Source: Coriobacteriia bacterium (GTDB lineage: Bacteria; Actinomycetota; Coriobacteriia; Anaerosomatales; SLCP01). Taken from it: a stretch of DNA of 64,000 nt. Made by a program: the position numbers and the translations under genes. The stretch lies in the NCBI GenBank assembly GCA_030603745.1, contig JAUVXE010000002.1:958-64957 (forward strand). Reading direction: 5' to 3'. The notes beneath the pieces are model-generated. The model was given only the letters and a program-made list of their open reading frames with translations. It searched no databases and was not told the origin of the DNA. Shown one piece after another: positions 1 to 7,941 of the stretch; within the stretch, counting starts at the first letter, position 1; each line of letters opens with the position of its first letter.

Positions 1-373
1 CGCGGTACTCACGGGCGGTCATGTCTGCGGTGAGCGCCAGGGCGAGCGGCGCAGCGGGGCGGGGTGCGACCGGGTCGGGTGCGGGTGCGGGACCCGCGGC
101 GACCCCGGGAGCAGGCCCGGCCGGCACCGCGGTCTCCTCGGCGAAGGAGTCGAAGCGCACGATCGTCGCCGCGCCCTCGTAGGTGAGGAGCACGGCCACG
201 AGCGCCGGCCCGCGCCCGACGAACGCGTCCTCGAGCGCGGCGCCCGCCTCGGCGAGGGAGGCGTCGCGGACGAGCGTGCCGGGTCGCGCGGGGCCCTCGG
301 CGTACAGCCCCCGGCCCGCGAACCAGCCGCGCGGGCCGGTCGGGGCCAGGTGCAGGCTGACGCGCTCGCTCAC
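1..373 (-). CDS. partial CDS (5' part only, runs off the window): possibly the N-terminus of a chorismate-utilising enzyme (PabB/TrpE-like)
   Basis: Minus-strand frame is open from GTG 373..371 (just after the purH stop) to the window edge, with high GC3. Translation VSERVSLHLAPTGPRGWFAGRGLY...LLTYEGAATIVRFD...LTADMTAREYR resembles the variable N-terminal region of aminodeoxychorismate/anthranilate synthase component I. The functional call is weak. Confidence 0.4.
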   Translation of the reverse strand, partial: MSERVSLHLAPTGPRGWFAGRGLYAEGPARPGTLVRDASLAEAGAALEDAFVGRGPALVAVLLTYEGAATIVRFDSFAEETAVPAGPAPGVAAGPAPAPDPVAPRPAAPLALALTADMTAREYR

Positions 374-374
374 G

Positions 375-1937
375 CTAGTGGCGGAAGTGGCGGTGCCCGG
401 TGAAGACCATCGCCACGCCGAGCTCGTCAGCCTTCGCGATGACCTCCTCGTCGCGGACCGAGCCGCCCGGCTGGATGATCGCCGTCACGCCCGCGGCCGC
501 GCAGACCTCGAGTGAGTCGGAGAAGGGCATGAACGCGTCGCTCGCGGCGACCGCGCCGTTCGCCTTCTCGCCGGCCTGCTCGACGGCGATGCGCGCCGAG
601 TTCACGCGGTTCATCTGACCGGCGCCGGTGCCCACGCTCGTGAAGTCACGGGCGATAAGGATCGCGTTGGACTTCACGCTCTTGGCGACCTTCCAGGCGA
701 AGAGCAGCTGCTCCATCTCCTCGGGCGTGGGCTGACGCTTGGTGGGCACCGTGAATGTCTCGGGGTCCTCGGCGACCGCGTCGCTCGTCTGGACGAGCAT
801 CCCGCCCTCGACCGCGCGCGACTCGTAGTGCGGCGCGCCGGCCGGACGCATGCCGCCGGTGCGGAGTACGCGCACGTTGGGCTTTGTGGCGAGCATCTCG
901 AGCGCAGCCGGCTCGAACTCCGGCGCGATCATGACCTCCACGAACTGGCCGTTGTCGAAGATCCCCTGTACAAGCGTGGCGGGCACGGCGCGGTTGAACG
1001 CCATCACGCCGCCGAACGCGCTCACGGGATCGGCGTCGTGCGCGTTGAGGTAGGCGGTCGTGAGGTCTCCAGCGACCGAGACGCCGCACGGGTTCGTATG
1101 CTTGACGATCACGCAGGCGGGCTCGTCGAACTCGCGCACCGCGGTCCAGGCGGCGTCGGTGTCGAGGATGTTGTTGTAGGAGAGCTCCTTGCCCTGCAGC
1201 TGCGTGGCGCGTGCGAGCGTGTGGTCCTTGGCGTCGACGAACCGGTAGAACGCCGCGCCCTGGTGGGGGTTCTCGCCGTAACGCAGGTCCTGCACCTTCT
1301 CGAGGCGGAAGCGCGCCTCGGCGGGGAACGACGTGCCGCGGTAGTCCGAGAGGTACATCCAGATCGCGCTGTCATAGGCGCTGGTGAGGCGGTAGACCTC
1401 GGTGGCGAGCCGGCGGCGGGTCTCAAGCGTGGTCGCGCCCTCCGCGCCGCGCATCTCGGCGAGGACCTCCTCGTAGCTCGCGGGGTCCGTCACCACAGCC
1501 ACGCTCGCGAAGTTCTTCGCGGCACTGCGCAGCATGCTCGGCCCGCCGATGTCGATGTTCTCGATGGCGTCGGCCTCCGTGACGCCCTCGCGAGCGACGG
1601 TCGCCTCGAACGCGTAGAGGTTCACCACGACCATGTCGATCATGCCGATGCCGTGCTCGTCCGCCGCCGCCATGTGCGCGGGCACGTCGCGGCGCGCGAG
1701 CAGTCCGCCGTGCACGCGGGGGTGCAGGGTCTTCACGCGCCCGTCCATCATCTCGGGGAACCCGGTGAGGTCGTCGATGGGACGCACGTCGACGCCCGCC
1801 TCGGCGAGTGCTCTCGCGGTACCCCCGGTCGAGACGATCTCGACACCGAACTCGTCCTGGAGCGCCTTGCAGAACTCGGCCACACCGGTCTTGTCGGTGA
1901 CCGAGACGAGCGCGCGCTTGACCTTGACCTGATCCAT
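375..1937 (-). CDS. purH: bifunctional AICAR formyltransferase / IMP cyclohydrolase
   Basis: Translation MDQVKVKRALVSVTDKTG...GGTARAL...HRHFRH matches PurH along its full length. I chose the internal ATG at 1937 rather than the ORF-track start at 2021, whose 28 extra residues are Arg/Gly-rich. Confidence 0.95.
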   Translation of the reverse strand: MDQVKVKRALVSVTDKTGVAEFCKALQDEFGVEIVSTGGTARALAEAGVDVRPIDDLTGFPEMMDGRVKTLHPRVHGGLLARRDVPAHMAAADEHGIGMIDMVVVNLYAFEATVAREGVTEADAIENIDIGGPSMLRSAAKNFASVAVVTDPASYEEVLAEMRGAEGATTLETRRRLATEVYRLTSAYDSAIWMYLSDYRGTSFPAEARFRLEKVQDLRYGENPHQGAAFYRFVDAKDHTLARATQLQGKELSYNNILDTDAAWTAVREFDEPACVIVKHTNPCGVSVAGDLTTAYLNAHDADPVSAFGGVMAFNRAVPATLVQGIFDNGQFVEVMIAPEFEPAALEMLATKPNVRVLRTGGMRPAGAPHYESRAVEGGMLVQTSDAVAEDPETFTVPTKRQPTPEEMEQLLFAWKVAKSVKSNAILIARDFTSVGTGAGQMNRVNSARIAVEQAGEKANGAVAASDAFMPFSDSLEVCAAAGVTAIIQPGGSVRDEEVIAKADELGVAMVFTGHRHFRH

Positions 1938-1978
1938 CGAGACCTCTCCTGCCCACGATCCGGAACTGCCCTGACACA

Positions 1979-2032
1979 TACCGGCCGAGGAGCGCCCCCG
2001 CTCACGCGGGCGGACCACCACCTCGGCCGGTA
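1979..2032. other. long perfect-stem hairpin between the binding-protein gene and purH
   Basis: TACCGGCCGAGG (1979..1990) and CCTCGGCCGGTA (2021..2032) are perfect 12-bp reverse complements. The 30-nt loop contains a second GC-rich hairpin. There is no U-tract on either strand. Confidence 0.5.
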
Positions 2033-2084
2033 GGCACGTCGTATGCGATTCTAGCGGGTCGCCGCGCGAGCGGCACCCCGGCTG

Positions 2085-3263
2085 CTAGTCGACGATCTGC
2101 TCCCACGAGCCGCCGACCACGCGATAGGCCGAGATGACCTGGTTGCGCGTGTCGCCGTTCTCGTCGAACTCGGTCACGCCGGTCACGCCGTCGAACGTGA
2201 TGCCGCGGACCGCGGCAGCGACGGCGGCACGATCCGGCCCGGCCTGGAGCACGGCCTGGACGAAGATGGCGGCGGAGTCGTAGGCGTAGGAGTCGTAGGC
2301 CTCGGGCGCCACGCCGTACTCGGCCTCGTAGCTCGCGCGGAAGTCCTGGCCGCGCGCCTGCTGGTCGAGCGGTAGGCCGAGCATGGTGGCGATGTCGCCC
2401 TCGGCGTTGGCCGCTCCGGCGATCTGGATGTACTCGTCGGAGAAGATGATGTCGCCGCCGATGAGCGGGACGTCCACGCCTCCCTCGGTCATCTGCTTGG
2501 AGATCAGCCCGCCCTCGGTGTGTGCGCCGGCGTAGTAGACCGCCTGCGGCTCGAGGCCGCCGACCTTGGTCACGAGCGCCTGGAAGTCGACCTCGCGCGT
2601 CTGGATGGCCTCGCGCGAGAGGATCTCCCCGCCGAGGTCGACGAAGGTCTTCTCGAACTCGTCGGCGAGGCCCTGGCCGTACGGGGTGGAGTCGTCGATC
2701 ACGACGACCCGCGTGAAGCCGAGGTCACCGTAGACGAGGTTCGCCGCGTAGTCGCCCTGGGCGTCGTCCCGGGCGGTGATGCGGTTCACCACATCGAAGC
2801 CCTGGGTGGTGAGCTGCGGGTTGGTCGAAACGGTGATCATCGCCATGCCGGCCTCTTGGTAGATCGGCGAGGCGGGGATCGAGCAGCCCGAGTTGAAGTG
2901 CCCGATCACGCCGAGGACATCGGTGTCGCCGGCGAGCAGGTTCGCGACGTTGACGGCCTGCTTGGGGTCGGCCTGGTCGTCCTCGGCGCGCAGCACGAAC
3001 TCGTAGCCGGCAGCGCGGACCTCCTCGGAGTTGTTCGCCTCCTTGAAGGCGAGCTCGGCGGCCCGGCGCATTCCCTGGCCGTAGACCGCGTTGTCGCCGG
3101 TGAGCGGTGCCGCGAAGCCGATCTTGACCTCGACGCGCTCGGTCGGCGTGTCGCCGGAGGGCTCGTCGGTGTCGGCGGTGCCGCAGCCCGCGAGCGCCGT
3201 GCTCGCGAACAGGAGGGCGGCCAGCGCGAGCGCGCCGGCGCGTCTCGTGGTGCGAAGGCTCAT
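2085..3263 (-). CDS. branched-chain amino acid ABC transporter substrate-binding lipoprotein (LivJ/LivK family)
   Basis: N-terminal signal peptide with lipobox LAGC. The mature part (KIGFAAPLTGDNAVYGQG...GVIGHFNSG...) is typical of the Leu/Ile/Val-binding periplasmic protein family. Confidence 0.85.
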   Translation of the reverse strand: MSLRTTRRAGALALAALLFASTALAGCGTADTDEPSGDTPTERVEVKIGFAAPLTGDNAVYGQGMRRAAELAFKEANNSEEVRAAGYEFVLRAEDDQADPKQAVNVANLLAGDTDVLGVIGHFNSGCSIPASPIYQEAGMAMITVSTNPQLTTQGFDVVNRITARDDAQGDYAANLVYGDLGFTRVVVIDDSTPYGQGLADEFEKTFVDLGGEILSREAIQTREVDFQALVTKVGGLEPQAVYYAGAHTEGGLISKQMTEGGVDVPLIGGDIIFSDEYIQIAGAANAEGDIATMLGLPLDQQARGQDFRASYEAEYGVAPEAYDSYAYDSAAIFVQAVLQAGPDRAAVAAAVRGITFDGVTGVTEFDENGDTRNQVISAYRVVGGSWEQIVD

Positions 3264-3391
3264 GGGTCGGTCCTCTCTTCGGTCGCGCCGCCTACCGGGA
3301 CGGGCGAGGGGCCGCTGAATCAGATTCGCTCAATATACCAGGAAGGTGCATCGGGCGAGAATCCCGGCCGCGAGCGGACGCGCGAGGTCGC

Positions 3392-3820
3392 CTACACGCG
3401 GTAGGTGAAACACTCCACGAGCGCGACGTACTCGGAGGAGGCGGCGACACTCCGACGGACCTCCCGCGCCTGCTCCGTGTCCACCTCCGGCGCGAGCGGG
3501 AGCATCCCGCTCAGGATGAGGGCCTTGTCGAAGATCGGCTCGCTCACTCGTTCGCCGAAGTAGTCCGCGCCGATGCGCCGCGCGGTGTCGAACGAGCTGC
3601 CGGTGCGGACCCGCAGGTCGTAGTAGCCCACGAGCGCATCGGTCGCCACGCAGAACGCGTCGCGGATCTTGGCCTCGGCACCCTCCCACCGGGCCTCGAG
3701 GTAGGCCTGCCGCGCCTCCACGACGCACTCCCAGGCGCGCCTGATCGTGGGGACCGTGTTCTGCCTGCTGCTCGGCGCCGACTCGACGACGCCCTCATCG
3801 ATGAGGTGCTGCCAGTCCAC
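3392..3820 (-). CDS. hypothetical helical cytoplasmic protein
   Basis: 142-aa ORF with GC3 bias and no TM segments. I recognise no motif. It sits between the binding-protein gene and purN. Confidence 0.5.
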   Translation of the reverse strand: MDWQHLIDEGVVESAPSSRQNTVPTIRRAWECVVEARQAYLEARWEGAEAKIRDAFCVATDALVGYYDLRVRTGSSFDTARRIGADYFGERVSEPIFDKALILSGMLPLAPEVDTEQAREVRRSVAASSEYVALVECFTYRV

Positions 3821-3919
3821 CGGAGATCCCTCCCTCGGACGGGGGCGGCTGCATAAGCGGCTGCGGTCCCCCCGGCCGCAGCCGTGCCACCATCATGAAG
3901 GAAGGGTCTTAACAGAATC

Positions 3920-4564
3920 TTACCGGGCTCCGGAGGGCCCCTCGGCGAGGGGGATGATGCGCGCCTTGCCGTCCTCGACGGCGACGCGCCCCTCGGCGAA
4001 GAGCTGGAGGACCTCGGGGTAGATGCGGTGCTCGACCTCGTGGATCTTCGCCTCGAGCGACTCGATGGTGTCGTCGTCGGCGACCGTGACGGCCTCCTGG
4101 GCGATGATGGGGCCGTCGTCGAACTTCTCGTTGGCCAGATGGACGGTCACGCCGGTGACCTTCACCCCGTACTCGAACGCGTCGCGGATGCCCGAGGGCC
4201 CGGGGAACGCGGGCAGCAGGGCGGGGTGGATGTTGAGCACGCGATCGGGGAAGGCATCGAGCACCTCGGTCCCGAGCAGACGCATGTACCCCGCCATGAC
4301 CACCAGGTCGGCCTCGTGCTCGAGGAGCAGGTCCCTCAGCGCCTCGTTGTAGGCGCGAAACGTCTGGTAGGCACTGCGGTCGACCCACGCCGCCGGGATG
4401 CCCGCGCGACGCGCCCGCTCGAGGCCGTAGGCGTTCTCGTGGTTGGCGAGCACCACGACGACCTCGGCCTCGCGCCGTCCGGCTGCCGAGGCGTCGAGGA
4501 TCGCCTGCAGGTTGGTGCCGCCACCCGATATGAGCACGCCCATGCGCATGCGCCGCTCGTCCAT
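3920..4564 (-). CDS. purN: phosphoribosylglycinamide formyltransferase
   Basis: GVLISGGGTNLQAILDA...VVLANHENAYGLERA...LNIHPALLPAFPG...GVTVH are PurN signatures. The start could instead be the MRMGVL ATG a few codons downstream. Confidence 0.92.
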   Translation of the reverse strand: MDERRMRMGVLISGGGTNLQAILDASAAGRREAEVVVVLANHENAYGLERARRAGIPAAWVDRSAYQTFRAYNEALRDLLLEHEADLVVMAGYMRLLGTEVLDAFPDRVLNIHPALLPAFPGPSGIRDAFEYGVKVTGVTVHLANEKFDDGPIIAQEAVTVADDDTIESLEAKIHEVEHRIYPEVLQLFAEGRVAVEDGKARIIPLAEGPSGAR

Positions 4565-4608
4565 GGTCGGTGCCGTCCTCTCGTTCGCCGCCGGGCCCGC
4601 GGGGGGCG

Positions 4609-5667
4609 CTACTCGTAGCGTACCCGCCCGGTGCCACCGATGACCTCGCCGATCTCGAAGACCCGCTCGCCGCTCTCGCGCAGCGCGGCGGCCGCGTCGG
4701 CGGCGTGCCCGGGATCGAGCACGAGCGCGAAGCCGATGCCCATGTTGAAGGTGCGATACATCTCCTCGTCATCGAGGCCCGCCGCGTCCGCGACCAGCTC
4801 GAAGACCCGCGGGACGCCCCACGAGCCGCGCACCACGCGCGCGTCACACGAACCGGGCAGCGCCCGGTCGAGGTTCTCGGTGATGCCACCGCCGGTGATG
4901 TGGGCCATCGCCTTGACCGGGACGCCGCCGCGCAGCAGCGCGAGGACCTGCCGGACGTAGATGCGGGTGGGCTCGAGCAGCACGTCGGCGAGCGTCCTGC
5001 CGCCGAGGTCGACGCGGGGCAGGCCGAGATCGGCCTCGTGCCCCTCCACGAGCACCTTGCGCACGAGCGAGTAGCCGTTGGAGTGGATGCCGTTCGACGC
5101 GAGGCCGAGGATGACGTCCCCGGGGCGCACCGCGGTGCCGTCCACCATCCTCGGCCGGTCGACCACCCCCACGCAGAAGCCGGAGAGGTCGTAGTCGTCA
5201 TCGGCCATCACGCCGGGGTGCTCGGCCATCTCACCGCCCACGAGCGAGCAGCCGGCCTGGGTGCACCCCTCGGCGATACCGGAGACCACCTGCTCGACGA
5301 GCTCGGGGTCGAGTCGGCCGATCGCGATGTAGTCGAGGAAGAAGAGCGGCTCGGCGCCGCAGGTCAGGATGTCGTTCGCGCACATCGCGACCAGGTCGAT
5401 GCCCACGGTGTCGTGCCTGCCGAGGAGGCGGGCGAGTTGCAGCTTGGTGCCCACGCCGTCGGTCCCGCTCACGAGCACCGGGTCGTCCATCTCCTTGAGC
5501 GCGGCGGCGCTGAACAGCCCGCCGAAGCCGCCGATGTCGCCGAGGACCTCGGGCCGGTAGGTCGAGCGCACCGCGGCCCGGATGGCGCTCACCGCGCGCG
5601 CGCCCGTGGCGGTATCCACGCCGGCGTCGCGGTAGGTGGTGCGGCGGGTGTCGTCACGCTCGGTCAT
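4609..5667 (-). CDS. purM: phosphoribosylformylglycinamidine cyclo-ligase (AIR synthetase)
   Basis: TYRDAGVD...GGFGGLF...LVSGTDGVGTK...GGEMAEHPG...AHITGGG are PurM family motifs. Confidence 0.95.
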   Translation of the reverse strand: MTERDDTRRTTYRDAGVDTATGARAVSAIRAAVRSTYRPEVLGDIGGFGGLFSAAALKEMDDPVLVSGTDGVGTKLQLARLLGRHDTVGIDLVAMCANDILTCGAEPLFFLDYIAIGRLDPELVEQVVSGIAEGCTQAGCSLVGGEMAEHPGVMADDDYDLSGFCVGVVDRPRMVDGTAVRPGDVILGLASNGIHSNGYSLVRKVLVEGHEADLGLPRVDLGGRTLADVLLEPTRIYVRQVLALLRGGVPVKAMAHITGGGITENLDRALPGSCDARVVRGSWGVPRVFELVADAAGLDDEEMYRTFNMGIGFALVLDPGHAADAAAALRESGERVFEIGEVIGGTGRVRYE

Positions 5668-5769
5668 GGAGCGGGCCTCCTCGGCGGGTCGTGGCGGGTC
5701 GTGGCGGGGCGTGCGGCGTGCGGGGACATTCTACCGCAGCCGCCGACGGCGGGCGGGCGTGCGGGACCC

Positions 5770-6198
5770 TCAGGCGAGCGGCAGCGTGCCGGCCAGGACC
5801 GCGAGCCCGGCGCTCGAGACGGCTGCGATGGTCGCGGCGGCGAGCCATCCGGTGCCGTGCGTGACACGGCGGCCGACGAACGCTCCCGCCCACGCCGGGA
5901 GCGCGTAGCCCACGAGCGCCCCGCCGAGGGCCCACAGCCCGAGCGCGACCCAGGTCGCGACCGGGGCGCCGGGAACGAGCGGGCCCACGCCGTCGAACGC
6001 GTCGCGCGCCCGGGCGAGCACACGCAGACCGTCGCCGAGGAGCCACGCCGCCGCGAGCACCACGATGCCGGCACCCGGCCGTTCGGCGCGCGCGAGGAGC
6101 GCGGCCGCGAGCGCGGCGCCCACGAGGGAGGCCATCGGGTTGAAGCTGACCGCGAGCGCGAGACCCGTGACCGCGGCTGCGAGCGCGCCCTCGGCCAT
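5770..6198 (-). CDS. hypothetical integral membrane protein (about 4 TM, Ala/Gly/Leu-rich)
   Basis: 142-aa ORF whose start abuts the purF stop (6198/6199). The sequence is hydrophobic throughout and I see no recognisable family. Confidence 0.55.
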   Translation of the reverse strand: MAEGALAAAVTGLALAVSFNPMASLVGAALAAALLARAERPGAGIVVLAAAWLLGDGLRVLARARDAFDGVGPLVPGAPVATWVALGLWALGGALVGYALPAWAGAFVGRRVTHGTGWLAAATIAAVSSAGLAVLAGTLPLA

Positions 6199-7674
6199 CT
6201 ACCCGCAGGACTCCAGCGAGAGCTTGCCTCGGCGGACCGCCTCGGGGATGTCGATGGGGTAGTCGCCGTCGAAGCACGCGAGGCAGAACTGGTCGGCCTC
6301 GCATCCGGTGGCGGCGACCATGTCCTCGAGGGCGAGGTAGGCAAGCGAGTCCACCCCGATGCGCTCACCCACCTCCTCGACGCTGAGCGCGGAGGCGATG
6401 AGCTGCTCCTGGCTGTCCGTGTCGATCCCGTAGAAGCACGGCCAACGCACCGGGGGCGAGGTGATGCGCATGTGGACCTCGGTCGCGCCCGCCTCGCGCA
6501 GCAGCTCGACCAGCTTGCGCGACGTGTTCCCCCGCACGATGGAGTCGTCCACGACCACGAGGCGCTTGCCCTCGATCGCGTGACGCAGGGGGTTCAGCTT
6601 GAGGCGGATGCCCTGCTGCCGGATCGACTGCGTGGGAGAGATGAACGTGCGGCCGACGTAGCGGTTCTTCACCAGGCCCTCGCCGAAGGGGATGCCGCTC
6701 ACCTGCGCGTACCCCACGGCCGCCGGCACGCCGGAGTCCGGCACCCCGATCACGAGGTCGGCTTCGGCGGGCGCGCTCGCGGCGAGCGAGGCACCCATCC
6801 TGCGGCGCGCCTCGTAGATGGTGCAGTCGCGCATGATGCTGTCGGGACGCGCGAAGTAGATGAACTCGAACATGCAGAGGCTGGCCTTCTCGGCGGGCAC
6901 CGCCTGCTCGGCCTCGAGACCGTCGGCCGAGATCTTGACCATCTCGCCCGGCTCGAGGTCGCGCAGGTGACGCGCGCCGATGATGTCGAGCCCGCACGTC
7001 TCGCTCGAGACCACCCAGCCGCCCTGCGGCAGCTCGCCGATCACGAGCGGCCGGATCCCGTGCGGATCACGGAACGCGTAGACCGCGTCCTCGGTGATGA
7101 GCACCACGGCGTAGGCGCCGCGGATGAGCTCCATCGTCTCGCGGATACCGGAGCGGATGTGATTGTGCTTCTGCGTGAAGTGGCCGATGAGGGTCGCGAT
7201 GACCTCGGAGTCCGTGGTCGACCGGAACCGCACGCCGTTGTCCTTGAGCGAGTCGCGCAGCTGCGACGTGTTCACGAGGTTGCCGTTGTGCGCGAGCGCG
7301 ATCACCTGATGGCCGATGGCCGAGAGGTGCGGTTGGGCGTTCTCCCACGACGTGGACGAGCCGGTCGTGGAGTACCGCGTGTGGCCGAGGCCCACGCCGC
7401 CGGTCAGCGAGTCGAGATCGGACTCGCGAAAGACCTTGCTGACCAGACCGAGGTTCTTGGTGACCGTGACGGTGTCGCCGTCGCCGACCGCGATGCCGGC
7501 CGACTCCTGCCCGCGGTGCTGCAGCGCGTGCAGGCCGAAGTAGGTCAGGCGCGCGACGTCCTCGCCGGGGGCGTAGACGCCGAACACGCCGCACGCCTCC
7601 TCGGGACGGTCCTCCCTGCCGAGGTCGGCGTCGACGGCCAGGGCGTCCCGACGCTCGGGGGTTTCGATGCTCAT
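6199..7674 (-). CDS. purF: amidophosphoribosyltransferase
   Basis: ACGVFGVY (the N-terminal nucleophile Cys follows a propeptide-like leader), LQHRGQESAGIA, a PRTase motif VVVDDSIVRGNT, and C-terminal Cys residues typical of the Fe-S type PurF. Confidence 0.95.
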   Translation of the reverse strand: MSIETPERRDALAVDADLGREDRPEEACGVFGVYAPGEDVARLTYFGLHALQHRGQESAGIAVGDGDTVTVTKNLGLVSKVFRESDLDSLTGGVGLGHTRYSTTGSSTSWENAQPHLSAIGHQVIALAHNGNLVNTSQLRDSLKDNGVRFRSTTDSEVIATLIGHFTQKHNHIRSGIRETMELIRGAYAVVLITEDAVYAFRDPHGIRPLVIGELPQGGWVVSSETCGLDIIGARHLRDLEPGEMVKISADGLEAEQAVPAEKASLCMFEFIYFARPDSIMRDCTIYEARRRMGASLAASAPAEADLVIGVPDSGVPAAVGYAQVSGIPFGEGLVKNRYVGRTFISPTQSIRQQGIRLKLNPLRHAIEGKRLVVVDDSIVRGNTSRKLVELLREAGATEVHMRITSPPVRWPCFYGIDTDSQEQLIASALSVEEVGERIGVDSLAYLALEDMVAATGCEADQFCLACFDGDYPIDIPEAVRRGKLSLESCG

Positions 7675-7941
7675 CGGGAGTGCGACTCCTCACCACACGG
7701 TCCTCCGGAACGCGGGTAGTGTAGCACGGAGCCTCCGGCACGGCGTGGGCCGCGTGGCGCTCGCCGGGCCGGCGGGGCTCAACCCATCGCCCGCGCGCAC
7801 CGATACACCCCGGTAGAGAGTACCGATGCGCTCTGCGGCTGCGGTAGCCGATGCGCGAGGAGGGGCCCGGGACCACCCGGCCCCTCTTCCGTTTCCCGGC
7901 CCGGCCGACGCACCGACGCCGGTCCGGGCGGCGCCGTCGTC

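Noticed and set aside
1938-2084. Possible ZTP (pfl) or other purine-related riboswitch in the purH leader.
   Set aside because: I could not find the conserved ZTP elements (the GACUGGCG-like 5' part and the CCGCCUGGGC 3' part) on the minus strand. The region is dominated by one simple long hairpin. Only a covariance-model scan could settle this.
3392-3820. Possible HEPN-domain (toxin or defence-related) protein.
   Set aside because: It is helical and of the right size. However, I found no Rx4-6H motif and no adjacent nucleotidyltransferase or antitoxin gene, so it is left as hypothetical.
4570-7719. 1049-aa plus-strand ORF spanning purM to purF. Similar very long ORFs occur at 11568..13877, 36796..39009, 41489..43915, 45661..47775, 29329..30996 and 47767..49296.
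   Set aside because: All are antisense to genes with clear, full-length family signatures. Their translations are Arg/Gly/Ala/Pro/Asp-rich low-complexity strings with no motifs. Such shadow ORFs are expected in very GC-rich DNA because stop codons are rare.
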